From Sphyrna mokarran (lineage: Eukaryota): a DNA stretch of 64,000 nt. The stretch is taken from the NCBI GenBank assembly GCA_024679065.1, contig JAGIQG010000002.1:83948001-84012000 (forward strand). Direction: 5' to 3'. The position numbers were made by a program, and so were the translations under genes. The first letter of the stretch is position 1. Every line of letters starts with the position of its first letter. Of the stretch, positions 37,161 through 48,889 are shown in pieces. The notes beneath the pieces are model-generated. The model ran no database searches. It saw nothing but the letters and a program-made list of their open reading frames with translations, and was not told where the DNA came from.

Positions 37161-37887
37161 ATTGTGAATTCAATATGTACAGTATTAAATAAATTTATTT
37201 AGATTGTTTGTAGATATGAGATCTGAAATATCAATGCATAGACTCACACTTATCAAACTATGTTCTTATCTCTCACTGCTAATTTTGCAAAGTACTGAAT
37301 TATCTATCCCAATGTCTTTCACTGCTTTCATAAAGCAATCAGTAGTCCATCATCGTCTGCATGATGGATTTGATAATCGTCTCACAATGTCCTTGACAAA
37401 ATGCAGTCTTTCTAATAGAAGAATAATGATGATAGTGGCAGATGGAAAAGGCATCCCTTCTTTTTTTAAAAATTTTCTTCACTATTATTGGTCTGTGTAG
37501 TATTATGTGAATATTTTAAGCTTATTTTTCCAGCCCCCATACTAAGACACTACCAATTGTAGTTATGTGATAATTGATCTTAGTAGTTTCCAGAATGGTG
37601 TGTTATCAGCAAATGCAGATAAATGAGAAAGTAGTTCATATCAGGAAGGATTTATTAGTAAGGTAGAACAATGGTGTTACCAGAAAACTGGATATAGATA
37701 GTTACAGATAAGATATTTTAAAAACCTGTAAATATAATGAACAATGTCTGTAATACAACGCAGTATTAAGATTCTAAGCACAATTTTTACAACACGCAAT
37801 TGGTCCTAGGAGAAGGTTCATATTCTTCAAATAATTCAGTCCATCAAGTGATATTACCAAATATTACTGAAATAAACACATATTATA

Positions 37888-38038
37888 AAGGGTTAGTTGG
37901 ATTGATAAATGCAATCCTAGGGGGATTAGGATAAATATGTGAGGGTCATGGGAATAGGGCTTGGGTGGGATTATGGTCAGTGCAGACTCAATGGGTCGAA
38001 TGGCCTTCTTCTGCACTGTAGGGATTCTATGATTCTAT
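37888..38038 (+). mobile_element. HE1-like SINE 3' fragment
   Basis: gggaatagggcttgggtgggatt...gaatggccttcttctgcactgtagggattctatgattcta. Confidence 0.8.
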
Positions 38039-39269
38039 AAGGAAAAATTGTCCTTTATTCACTTAAGTGAATGGAGGACCAAGCGGGTTTAACATGGGGA
38101 GTTGAAGCTTTACATCTCAGTGTCAACCTTGAATGGAAAAGACTGATATTCAATCATAGTTACTATCAATTAATAAATATTATTTACCCTGAGCATTGCA
38201 CCAGTTGCATATCATGACAGTTTTATGAGCAATTTACTTTAAATATTATTTATGCAAATAATATCTGTGAAGACACAAATGTTTTTTGAAGGCTAATGTC
38301 AATAGAATTTGGGGCATTAACTGAACCAAGGTATAGAGGTTGGAAAAATAGAATCAATGTAAAATTTGAGGCAGATCTTAATGAATGTGGGGCCAGCACA
38401 ATGGGCAAAACAGTCTACTCTTGCTCTCAGTTTGTTCATATTTTCCAATACTCAAAGATTGAAGGATAGACTTTCATTGCCAATTATGCATGACTGTTAA
38501 GTGTGGAACTGGGACCCAATTTGACTTTAAATTAACAGACACCATTGAAGGAAATCATTTCATATCAGTTGGGCTTGATCACATATGAAGCCAATTGGAC
38601 ACTCCCATTACGGAACAGTCTTCAGGGAGAATGTAATTTAGGAATACATGATTTAAAAACCATTAAAACACTTGTGGAAAATCATCAGCTGACGTGATGT
38701 TCTGACTTGGCATCTGTTTTGTGGCATTGTCATACCATTTGGTGTTTGTACTTGAAAATAGTTTAGCTGACAATTTCTGCTGATTTCTGTACCATATGTT
38801 ATACTCGGACCTTTTCTCTAACATTCAGGTTCGGTAATCGTTACCTGCATGTCAGAAGTGGGCACCTTCCATTGTCCCCTGTTTCCCAATTAATCTACTC
38901 CTGGGAGTATTAATGAGTGGTGACTGAGGAATATTGTCTGCACCTGTCTGCCAAATAGTAATCCCTCACTGGTTGTACAGTACGATGAAGCTTATATATT
39001 CGGTTCAAATTGTGCTGCATAGACTGTTGGCTGATGATCTCTGTTACAGAGTTAAGTTTCCTAACATGATCATTACGATTTCAGTAGTACTCCTTAAGGT
39101 CTGTGACCCCCATCATTGCCTTGATAGTATTATAGGTGGTGATCAAGGACAGGTCTCTGCAATCTTGTAGGCCTGCTATTACTGAACCCATTTTGTCCAC
39201 AATATAAAATATCTGAGGTGACAAGGTGAATTATAGTGATACATGAATATAATGGATCCCAGGCACTGA

Positions 39270-39396
39270 GGAAGGGATTTTCCAGCTGAACTCCCCCAAA
39301 ATTGGAAAATCCTGCTTGAGATCAACAGATATTTGCATGGCCCATGTCCCGCCCGCTACGATTCCCATGGCAAACAGGACAGGGAAATTCCACCCT
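39270..39396. mobile_element. Short MITE-like element
   Basis: Termini gaagggattttcc ... ggaaattccaccc are imperfect inverted repeats. Confidence 0.45.
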
Positions 39397-39489
39397 GAAT
39401 CTCTGGTTCATTGTATGTGGTGAGTTTGGCAGTACTTAGTTGAACCACCATTTGCTACTTCCGTAGGTACATAGATTTCAGTGTGCATA

Positions 39490-40140
39490 ATGGAAGGATG
39501 TTTGCACCTGTAGCAGTGTCCGGTTTCAAAAACAATTTGTGCAGTTCCTGTATCAGTGGGGATTTTTCTGGATGATGGGATAAACTTCACTTGGTATCAC
39601 TGTGCCAGTATATTCTTTGATACTTACGATGTGGAATGCCTGTTCACTCTGCATATCAATAATCTGGCTATCCTCAGCATCTCACCATCTCATTTGGCTG
39701 GACATTTCATGGATTTTTTTTTCTTAGTTTATTGAAATGCTGTCTGGCCTCTAGTGACTTCTCATGATTTCAATCCACTTGTTCCAGCCTTTATTTTCAG
39801 CATTGGTGCTTCCAGTGTTCTCTGGTGCTATATGCCTTGCATGCATCATTAAAGTTGGGCAGCTCCTGAGTGCAATTGTGGGATGACATTGCCTGCTTGC
39901 TTGCGTTGGCTATCATGCCAATTGTGGAAGAATTACATCCTGCATGTAGATTCTGTCTACTAATATGGCTTTGTACTTGTGTTTACTTTGCAGTAACTAT
40001 GCTGTAACCTTTGTGTTGGTCCAAGAGACTGTTTTAGAATGAGGTAAATGTTATTATGAGCTCAATTCTTCTGTCAGCTAACTCTGGTGGGTAAAATTAC
40101 AATCATATCCCTTGCCACTGCATCTTCATATTAATTGGTC
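39490..40140 (-). mobile_element. Degenerate CR1/L2-group LINE fragment
   Basis: Motifs shared with the 33380 and 57955 family on the opposite strand (tccagtgttctctggtgcta...gttgggcagctcctgagtgca). No ORF. Confidence 0.4.
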
Positions 40141-40177
40141 AATGTTCTTTATTGGTTGTTGCTTAAAAGAACATGAA

Positions 40178-40425
40178 TTCATAGAACAGAATTATAGAAT
40201 CCCTGCAGAATGAGGCCATTCAGCCCATTGAGTCTGAACCAATCACAATCTTACTCAGGCCCGATCCCCATAACCCAATGTATTTACTCTGACATTAAGG
40301 GGCAATTGAGCATGACTAATCCACCTAAACGACACATTTTTGGAGTGTGGGAGGAAACCGGAGCACTCAGAGAAAATTCATGCCAGCACAGAGAGAACAT
40401 GCAAACCCACACAGACAGAGATCCC
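40178..40425 (-). mobile_element. HE1-like SINE, 3' part (5' head displaced to 41560-41603 by a LINE insertion)
   Basis: gaggccattcagcccattgag...gtgggaggaaaccggagcac...acacagacagag; the SINE resumes after the LINE as cccaggccagg..cctggcactgcgaggtggcagtgctaac. Confidence 0.85.
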
Positions 40426-41560
40426 CCCCCATGCAAGGCTTCTGGAGAAGGTGAGAGGGCATGGGATCCAAGGGGCTTTGGCCTCGTGGATCCAGAACTG
40501 GCTTGCCGGCAGAAGACAGAGAGTGGTTGTGGATGGTTCTTGTTCTGCGTGGAGGTCGGTAACCAGTGGAGTGCCCCAGAGATCTGTTCTGGGACCCCTG
40601 CTGTTTGTCATTTTCATAAATGACCTGGGTGAAGAAGGGGAGGGATGGGTTAGTAAGTTCGCCGACGATACAAAGGTCGGTGGTGTTGTGGATGGTCTAG
40701 AGGGATGCCAAAAGTTGCAGCAGGGCATAGACAGGATGCAAGACTGGGCGGAGAAGTGGCAGATGGACTTCAACGTGGATAAATGTGTAGTGATCCATTT
40801 TGGCAGGAATAATGGAATGAAGGAATACAATATAAGGGTTAGAAGTCTTAGCTGTGTTGTAGAGCAGAAGGATCTTGGGGTCCGGGTCCACAGGACTCTT
40901 AAATTGGCCTCACAGGTGGAGGAAGTGGTCAAGAAGGCGTACGGTGTACTGGCCTTCATTAATCGAGGAATAGAGTTTAGGAGTCAGAAGGTAATGATGC
41001 AGCTCTATAAGACTCTTGTCAGACCCCAGTTGGAGTATTGTGTGCAGTTCTGGTCGCCTCAATATAGGAAGGATGTAGAGGCTATTGAGAGAGTTCAGAG
41101 GAGATTTACAAGGATGCTGCCTGGATTGGGTAGCAGGCCTTATGAAGATAGGTTGAGGGAGCTGGGACTCTTCTCACTGGAGAGATGTAGGTTGAGAGGC
41201 GACCTGATAGAGGTTTATAAAATGTTGAGAGGAATAGATAGGGTGGACTCTCAGAGACTATTTCCCCGAGCTGAAATGGTCACTACGAGAGGACACAGAT
41301 TTAAGGTGCAGGGAAGCAAATACAAAGGAGATGTCAGGGGTAGGTTTTTCACTCAGAGGATGGTGAGTGAATGGAACCGACTGCCATGGGAGGTTGTTGA
41401 GGCAAACTCACTAGGGTCTTTTAAAAGACTTCTGGATGAGTATTTGGAAAAGAATATGGTAGGGGGTTATAGATAGGTCTGTAGATTGGTAGGTGTGATC
41501 GGCGCAACTCGTAGGCCGAAGGGCCTGTTTGCGCTGTATTGTTCTATGTTCTATTTTCTA
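40426..41560 (+). mobile_element. Young 5'-truncated CR1/HER1 LINE; uninterrupted reverse-transcriptase C-terminal ORF to 41476
   Basis: SGVPQRSVLGPLLFVIFINDL, KFADDTK catalytic motif, RPQLEYCVQFWSP, LRGDLIEVYK. No stop over ~350 codons. (TTCTATG)-type tail. Confidence 0.96.
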
Positions 41561-43289
41561 TCCCAGGCCAGGTACCTGGCACTGCGAGGTGGCAGTGCTA
41601 ACTATTTCAAATGGTATATTCTGATGTTCACCTTCACTTACAATTAATCGCTGGGTGTTGATCATATTTTATTTGGATTTTTAACAGACCTGATGTGTTC
41701 AGTCTGTGGAGGACCTAATTGCCTACAACCATTTTATCTTAATGGCTTGTTTATTTATCTGGTTCAGAAATATTGGGGTCCAGAAAACAGTCCATGACAC
41801 GTTGTCAGAACAATGTAAACTCAGAAAAGCAATCCATTGTCAGTGTTGGAAGTTTTGTGATCATTATGTAACTTTCTTCAGGATTATTAAGATTATCTGG
41901 AGCTGGAATCAATATTCAGATTTTTCAGAGCCCTTCAGTACTTAACTTCGCTCCCTGAGTTACAGAGCCTGAAACTGTCACAGCCACTTAAGTGGTCACT
42001 TGACTGCAATGTTGGCATTGTTGATTAGTTTCTGTCTTTCAGGTTTACCTTCAGCTTTGTCCACAAAACTGTGACTTTATTGCAAAAATGGACTTGAAAG
42101 GTAAAAATAAACAATGGAAAGAAAACTTTTTACATCCTTCCTCAAATTGTTAGAGGCTGTTGGGAGCTGTTACTGGACAAAATCTTTTTTTCTTGCCCAG
42201 TGTCCAGTGTTTAATCTCCCCCGACTTCCTGAGGAGAGAGTCTAAAGCATAAATTAATCCTCCTGTCTGTGGGGTTCTATTTAAATGAGAACTTGGCTAT
42301 TTGATGCCTGTTCCTGGACCAACTGCACAACAGAAAGATTCTAGTTGATTAAACTCTCCTGAGTTTGAACAATGTCACCGGGAGCAAATAGTGATGTGCC
42401 ACTATTGAAGATACAATGTGCAGGATTCCTGCAGTACTGCAGAATCCCTTACACATGGTGAGTACTTGATAGTTATTTCATTGCCACACCAGCTTTTCTG
42501 TTGCATTTAAAAGGATTGAAACTTCTGTATTTATCAATCAAATCTTCAGAAACCACACTGCCACAATGTCGATTTCTTCTCTTTTCATAAACCAATCAAT
42601 CACATGACAATGATGGGTAAAATAATAATGTGGGTTCTTTATTTGGAGGTAAGAATATGCTGTTTACAGGGGAGCAGAGCAGGCACTATATTTGATTTGA
42701 TTTACTATTGTCACATCTATTAGTATACAGTGAAAAGTATTGTTTCTTGCGTGCTATTCAGACAAAGCATACGTTTACATAGAGAAGAAAAAGCGAGGCT
42801 ACAGTATTAGAGTCATGGCTAGGGTGTAGACAAAACATTGTTTCAAAGTTTGAAAGAATTAGAACAGAGTTTTAAAAGCATAGAACAAGAGTTAAAAATA
42901 GAATTAGAGGGTATGCTGGGCACAGCTTGCAAGAAGTCGCCAAAGGATTACTATATCACAGCCTGTCTTGACCATAGTGACTGACAGTAGTTTAAGATAC
43001 ACTCCCTTAAAGGGACATGTACCTCATTTCACAGCAGGAATCAGGCCATTTTATAAAGTTAAGCAGAACATATTAAAATGCTCCTGCTTGAACTCTCAGT
43101 ACATAAAAAATATACCACAGGAATAGACCCCTGTGCAATTCCTCTGTTGATAAAATTCTGAGTGTTAAAGTAGATATCTTCTGCTTTGAATGGCTTTTAT
43201 AGGGAATTTTCTAAGGATTGGTAAAAACGTGAATTAATATTGTGCCTAATAAAAGCTAGAACTGTTGCTACCTGTTGCTGAGGTCTCGT

Positions 43290-43448
43290 GCATCCGCTAG
43301 CAATGCCTGAGTAGCTTTGCTAAAACTAGGCTTTCCTACAAAACACCAGCAACTACACTTCAAAAAGCACTTAACTGGCTGTGAATCATTTTTAATATTG
43401 AGGTCATGAATGGCGCTTTTTATATAAATATGCAAATTCTTCTCTTAT
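43290..43448 (+). mobile_element. SacSINE1/L2-type 3' tail fragment
   Basis: cacttcaaaaagcacttaactggctgtgaatc...gaggtcatgaatggcgct..tatataaatatgcaaattc. Confidence 0.55.
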
Positions 43449-44077
43449 TCACTGGCGTTTCCCAGCCACCTGTACTGATGAATCTTGTGTTTATTCGGTG
43501 GTAACCTCTGCTTGCGTAAGCCCCATAAATTAGATACTGGCTGCTGTAGTAATTTAATAACTGCAAAATGAAAACAGTTTATTCAAGTAAAGATTATTCA
43601 AGTAAAACAGTTCACAGGAGGTTTTACACCTGAAATCTTATCTTGCCTTTTCTCTTTACAGATGATAATGGATTTGCACTGTATTTCAATATTTCTGTTT
43701 TTATTGAAGTGTTTTCTGGTTGAGTCTTACTCAGTATCTTGCAGGAGTGATCAGCTTCCTTTTTAAACAAAGCTGGTTCAATGCTTCTTCTAAAAGTCAA
43801 GAAAAGTATTTATATCTGAGTGATAACAAACATCCATGATTTTATGTGGCGAGATAATGCAAATCAGTGCATTTGAACTCAAAAATATTTAGCACAATCC
43901 AAAGCTATGGACATTTTCTAATGAAATTCATTTCTCTAAAAGACATTTTGGAGAGACAAGTTGATGAGAAATATTTAATTCATCAGTTGCAAGTAGCTAA
44001 AAGGTTACCATAGTGGCACATTTCATGGATTCTAGCAGAAGCAGGTCAGGGTTCATCAACAGTAGTGAGGGAACCTG

Positions 44078-44256
44078 AGTCCAAAGATGTGCAGATTAGG
44101 TTGATTAGCCATGCTAAAATTAACCCTAGTGTCAGGAGATTAGCAGGGCAAATATGAAGGGTTACAGAAATAGGGCCAGGGTGGGATGGTGATCAATGCA
44201 GATTCGATGGGCTGAATGGCCTCCTTCTGCACTGCAAGGATTCTATGATTCTATGA
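44078..44256 (+). mobile_element. HE1-like SINE 3' half
   Basis: gtccaaagatgtgcagattagg...gaatggcctccttctgcactgcaaggattctatgattctatga. Confidence 0.85.
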
Positions 44257-44779
44257 CTTTAAAAGATAAGACTACAGTGATTAAAATTTGGAAGTAGCAA
44301 ATTTAAGTTTGGCCTTTTCCTTTTTGGCATGTACGGTGATGCTGAGCAGAGAGTGAAAGTCTCTTGATAATTACTGTTCAAGAACAAAGAATTTGTGATT
44401 ATGAAATTAGGTGATATATTAACTGTTACAGACGGTAATAAATCTGATCAACATAGCCTTGAGTTCTGAATTGAATTGTGGCAATATGGTTCATCAAATC
44501 CAAGGTTAAGGAGCATCATTATTTTATAATATTTTTCAGGAAATATGCTTAACTATTGTTTGATCCAAACTACATGCCACAAATTAAATAAAAGTATGAC
44601 TATCTTTTGTGTCAATATATTAACATTTAAAATCATTAATAATTTGCTAATATTTCTAAAAGTCTGGTTTTATTGTATCAGCCTATTAGCATGGCTTGAC
44701 ATTGGATGAGGAACCAGGGACAAAAAAAATGCAGAACTGTAGGCTTAAGAGACCTATACATGTGGTCCTGGTTGCTGGT

Positions 44780-45075
44780 TATGAGTAGTACTAGAAGTGC
44801 TCTAAAGCATCTCCAAGCATACTTGTCCTCTTCAAATAACTTGATCACCTGAGATCCAAGGCAAAGGTACTAATTCCACAGCATATATGATTGCAAAGAT
44901 AATGACATCTGCACTACCTCATGTACATTCTTCAGATAGATGACAGCTGTATATCCAAAGATCGGTACAATTAATAGGCCATTGGGTCTCGCCCTCTTAG
45001 ACATCCATACCTCCACTACAAGGATAGCTGCAACTAACATGTGAAGATGGCAGACTTTGACAGCGAAAATAGTCA
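44780..45075 (+). mobile_element. Degenerate RTE-clade LINE C-terminal fragment
   Basis: Manual translation gives DDSCISKD...AIGSRPLRHPYLHYKDSCN*HVKMAD, resembling the RTE ORF end DGRIPKD..ELATGSRP.GRP.LRYKDVCKRDMK. Confidence 0.6.
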
Positions 45076-45404
45076 CTGGTAGTCATGATTTCCAACATTG
45101 ATGTAGAAGATCCACCACAATCTAACTGAATAGTTGAGCAGGGTTAAGGGGCTGAATGGCCCATGCCTATTTCCTTTGTTCCTATGTTTACATTCTCCTC
45201 AAGCATTCAGCCATTCACGGTTCACAAATGCAAGTCTAACCATTAGCACTCATGGTGCCCTGATACCTGCACAACAATTCCTCCCTACCATGTTTGCGAC
45301 CTCTATTTTCTAGGCCTATATTTATTGGAATTTGGAAGATTGAAAAATGATCTTATTAAAACACGGAAAATTCTTAAGGACTTGACAGGACTGATGCTGA
45401 GAAA

Positions 45405-45905
45405 ATTAACAACTTGGGTTCATATTAAATCTCTAATACACCAAGACATCCCAAAGCACTTTTTCAGAGCATAATCAATAAAGTTTGATATCAAGAAACA
45501 TATGGCATAAGGTAAGAGATAGATTTTAAGGCACATTTTAAAAAAAGAAAGAGAAGAACAAAATTGGAGAGATTTAGGGAGGCAATTCCAGTGCTTAGGG
45601 CCTAGTCAGCTGAAGACATGACAGCTAATGGTAGAGTAATTAAAATCAAGTATGTGCAGGACATCAGAATTAGAGGACAGCAAAGATCCTAGAGGGAGAT
45701 TGTGGGGCTGAAGGAGATCGCAGCTATATGTAGTGGGAGTGAGTGGGGAGATAGTGGGGATAAGGGTGAGAGGGTGCAGGATACGGCAGACAGTGAAGCT
45801 GTGAAGATATTTTAAAACAATGTTGAGAATTCCAAAATCAAAGTATTTTAAAATTTGGAACAAGTGTAATTCAGTGAATACAAGGCTAGGTGAAAAGGAA
45901 CAGGA
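45405..45905 (-). mobile_element. L2-type LINE 3' fragment
   Basis: gatttagggaggcaattccagtgcttagggcctagtcagctgaag...cagaattagagga is the reverse complement of an L2 ORF2 end (APKHWNCLP-like) and tail. Confidence 0.7.
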
Positions 45906-46214
45906 CATGGTGCAAGTATGGGACTGCTGCCTCACAATGCCAGGGACCTAGGTTCAATTCCACCTCGAGTCACTGTCTGTATGAGGTCTGCACATTCTCA
46001 CCGTGTCTATGTGTGGGTTTCCTCTGTGTAGGGGCAAAGTTTCCTCTCACAGTCCAAAGATGTGCCATTTAGTTGGATTGGCCAAAATAAATTATCCCTT
46101 AGTGTCAGAGGAATAAGCCGCGTAAATGCTTGGGGTTGCAGGGTTGGGTCTACTGCAGGTTTGATGGCCCAAATAATCTCCTTGTCCACAGTGGGATTTG
46201 ATTTTATGATTCTA
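45906..46214 (+). mobile_element. HE1-like SINE
   Basis: actgctgcctcacaatgccagggacctaggttcaattcc head, V-core, gattct tail. Confidence 0.85.
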
Positions 46215-47063
46215 AGTTAGTAAACGAGCAGCAGAGTTTTGAAGGCTAGCGAACTTCAATGAAATTACCAAAATTTCCATAAATTTAGATTTCTCATTCA
46301 ATGTTCTGTTCATCAGTTCTCAGAATGCATTGGGCTTTGAAGCGAGTTGAACCTTAGAGTCAATTTTTTACAATGAATAAGTTGAGGTTTCACATTTGTT
46401 ATGGAGCTTTGTAGTGTACTTAGGCTGCGTTTGTACTGCAACAATTGATGTAAAGTCATTCGATGCATGGAACTGGCAGCATAATGCAGAAGGCAATTGA
46501 GCATCCTAAAGCTTAGGTGTGAGATCTGCTCCAACAAGTCACCTAACAGTTTGAGTTTGTAAAGTGAAATCAATAAAAATCCAGTTATAGATGGTTCAGA
46601 GGGATTCCAGCATCAGATGAAAAATGCAAGGACTTCTTTTGCTAATATGAACTGTTGTAGGGTGGAGGCCTTAGTATCTGGCTTTGCCTTTAACCATGCA
46701 AAGCAGCTGGCAGTCTTTACACAGAGAAAGCACAGAGACCATCAATCTTTCTCAGTTGTCAGGAGGAAGTTCTTCACTATTTTGGAGACCAGAGTGACAT
46801 CTGTTATTCCATTCACTGCTGGGATTCAAGATCAGGGAAGGTACAGCTGCCCTATTTCTTTGAGATGCTTAAGGGTTGGAAGGTAGTTTCAGATGACACA
46901 TGGTTAATGCATGCCCCATGTAAAGGTCTGCAATTTTCTTTGTTTGGAATCATATTGATTTGGCAGTGATTTAACTACAACAATGAAAAAAATGAAATGT
47001 CAATATTAAATTCATAAGCAAGGTTCAGTTTACTTCCTGTATCAAGAAATAACTTTAGATAAA

Positions 47064-47407
47064 TTATAGAATTCCTGCAGTGCAGAAGGAGACCATTTGC
47101 CCCATTGAGTCTGAAGCAACTCTCTGACTGAGCATCTTACACAGCAGCCTCCCCGCCTCCTCCCCAATTCCCTTACCCACATGCATTTACATTGCTAATC
47201 CCCCTTATACATCCCTGGACACTAATGGGCAATTTAGCATGGCCAATCCAGCTAACCTGCTCATCTTTAGACTGTGAGAGGAAACCGGAGCACTGGGAGG
47301 AAACCCAACAGTCACGGGGAGAACCTGCAAACCCCACACAGACAGACATCTAAGCCTAGAAAAGAATCCAGATCCTTTGAGGCAGCAGTGCTAACCACCA
47401 TGCCACT
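47064..47407 (-). mobile_element. HE1-like SINE
   Basis: atagaattcctgcagtgcagaaggagaccatt...gaggcagcagtgctaaccaccatgccac. Confidence 0.85.
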
Positions 47408-48044
47408 ATTCTTCAATAGAAATAAACATAATTAGTAAACTAATTTTAAAATATTTTACAACTATTTCAGAAAAGTAATGAGGACGAATTTCCAAATTTT
47501 GGCGCAGATCATGCCAATTCCGGAAGATAGAGTGCAAGGTTAAAATGAGGGGTGGAACACTGCAAGAAAAATTCTAAGTGTCCAGCTAGCTTGAAAATGG
47601 GACAGTTGCAGATCTGAGTTTTTACTTCCAATCTTATGCACATTGTGCTTGAGAAAATGGGCTAGATTTTTTCTAATTACTACAGGCAGCTCTTGGGGGT
47701 GAAACTGCAGTGGCGGGGGGGGTATTTCTGAGAGATTTTTTCTTATGTGACAACAGACACAAGGGTCTGAATTTTCAGGATAGCAAGTACTCAGCACCTG
47801 CCGACCTGAGTGTCCTCTGTTGACTCTGACAGGCCTGTTACCATTTTGTGCTCAATTAGGTGCTGACTAGCAGCAGACGGGAGTACTGTCTGCCCTTGGA
47901 CAGAAGTCCTGTCTTAATGAGTTATTGGCCAATCAGACTGTTCAGCCTTTTCAGCTACAGAAATGCAATGGCCTGAAAAGTGTTTTGAGACTAAGTCATG
48001 CGAGCGCTCTTCAGGTATATATCAGTGGCCCCAGGTGGGAGGAA

Positions 48045-48233
48045 TGATGTGGAGATGCCAGCATTGGACTGGGGTAAACACAGTAAGAAGTCTCACAACA
48101 CCAGATTAAAGTCCAACAGGTTTATTTGTAGCAAATGCCACTAACTTTCAGAACTGGCCACCTGACAAAGGAACACCAATTCCAAAAGCTAGTGGTGTTT
48201 GCTACAAATAAACCTGCTGGACTTTAACCAGGT
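48045..48233. mobile_element. Penelope-like inverted terminal element with a decayed minimal hammerhead motif (48157-48196)
   Basis: Arms ttaaagtccaacaggtttatttgtagcaaatgccacta / tagtggtgtttgctacaaataaacctgctggactttaa; core GCCAC-CTGACAA-A-GGAA..TTCC-AAAA-GCTA-GTGGT. Confidence 0.8.
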
Positions 48234-48318
48234 AGGAGAGTCAGGGATGCTCTCTGTCTTGAAGGGTTGAGAGGAGGTTATCACTGGTGTCAGGAAGTAA
48301 GTTGGAACAGGGAGGAAG

Positions 48319-48536
48319 ACTCAGTAAGAGTCTGGCAACACCAATTTTAAATCCAACCGATTTACTTGATAGTAAATCTGCTAGCTTTCGGCCTTTGTAG
48401 CCTTCGTCTGACGAAAGCTACAAAGGCCGAAAGCCAGCAGATTTATTATCAAATAAATCGGTTGGATTTAAAATTGGTGTTGCCAGACTCTTACTGAGTT
48501 TACCCCAGTTCAACGCTGACATCTCTACATCATGAA
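48319..48536. mobile_element. Young palindromic Penelope-like insertion (90-bp arms, 11-bp TSD)
   Basis: Arms 48319-48408 and 48410-48499 match at 86/90. Unpaired tail to ~48536. AGGGAGGAAGA flanks both sides (48309-48319, 48537-48547). Confidence 0.85.
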
Positions 48537-48889
48537 AGGGAGGAAGAGCCAGGGCTCCCAGCTCCCTGAAGGGAGGGCACCCAAAATCTCTAACCTACCC
48601 ATCCAAGATCAATGCTGAAAATGTTTTCTGTTTGGCAACTTGATCTAACAGGTGCCTGCCAGGCTAAAAATTGAGGCTGGGCAGGAAAGGGCCCCTACGT
48701 GGCCTCTAAAGGCCTTAATTGGGGCATGGGCAGGCTTCTCATCACAGGCCCTTTTCACCCCTCTGTTAGATTAAGCCTGGGTTGAGGCTGGTGGGATACC
48801 AGAGGGAATTCCATCCATGTGCTTTTATGTTCCCCTGGCTTAGAAGATGCTGGGGAAACATAAAGTTCTGGCCTCAGTAATTGTTTAGT

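Noticed and set aside
40340-41476. 378-aa ORF as a domesticated RT gene or a retron-like system
   Set aside because: It starts at a TTG within an antisense SINE and is simply a 5'-truncated CR1 ORF2 lacking the endonuclease and the RT N-terminus.
43578-43605. Short tandem duplication TTATTCAAGTAAA x2 (similar ones at ~27070 and ~24215/24302)
   Set aside because: Ordinary slippage-scale duplications with no further structure.
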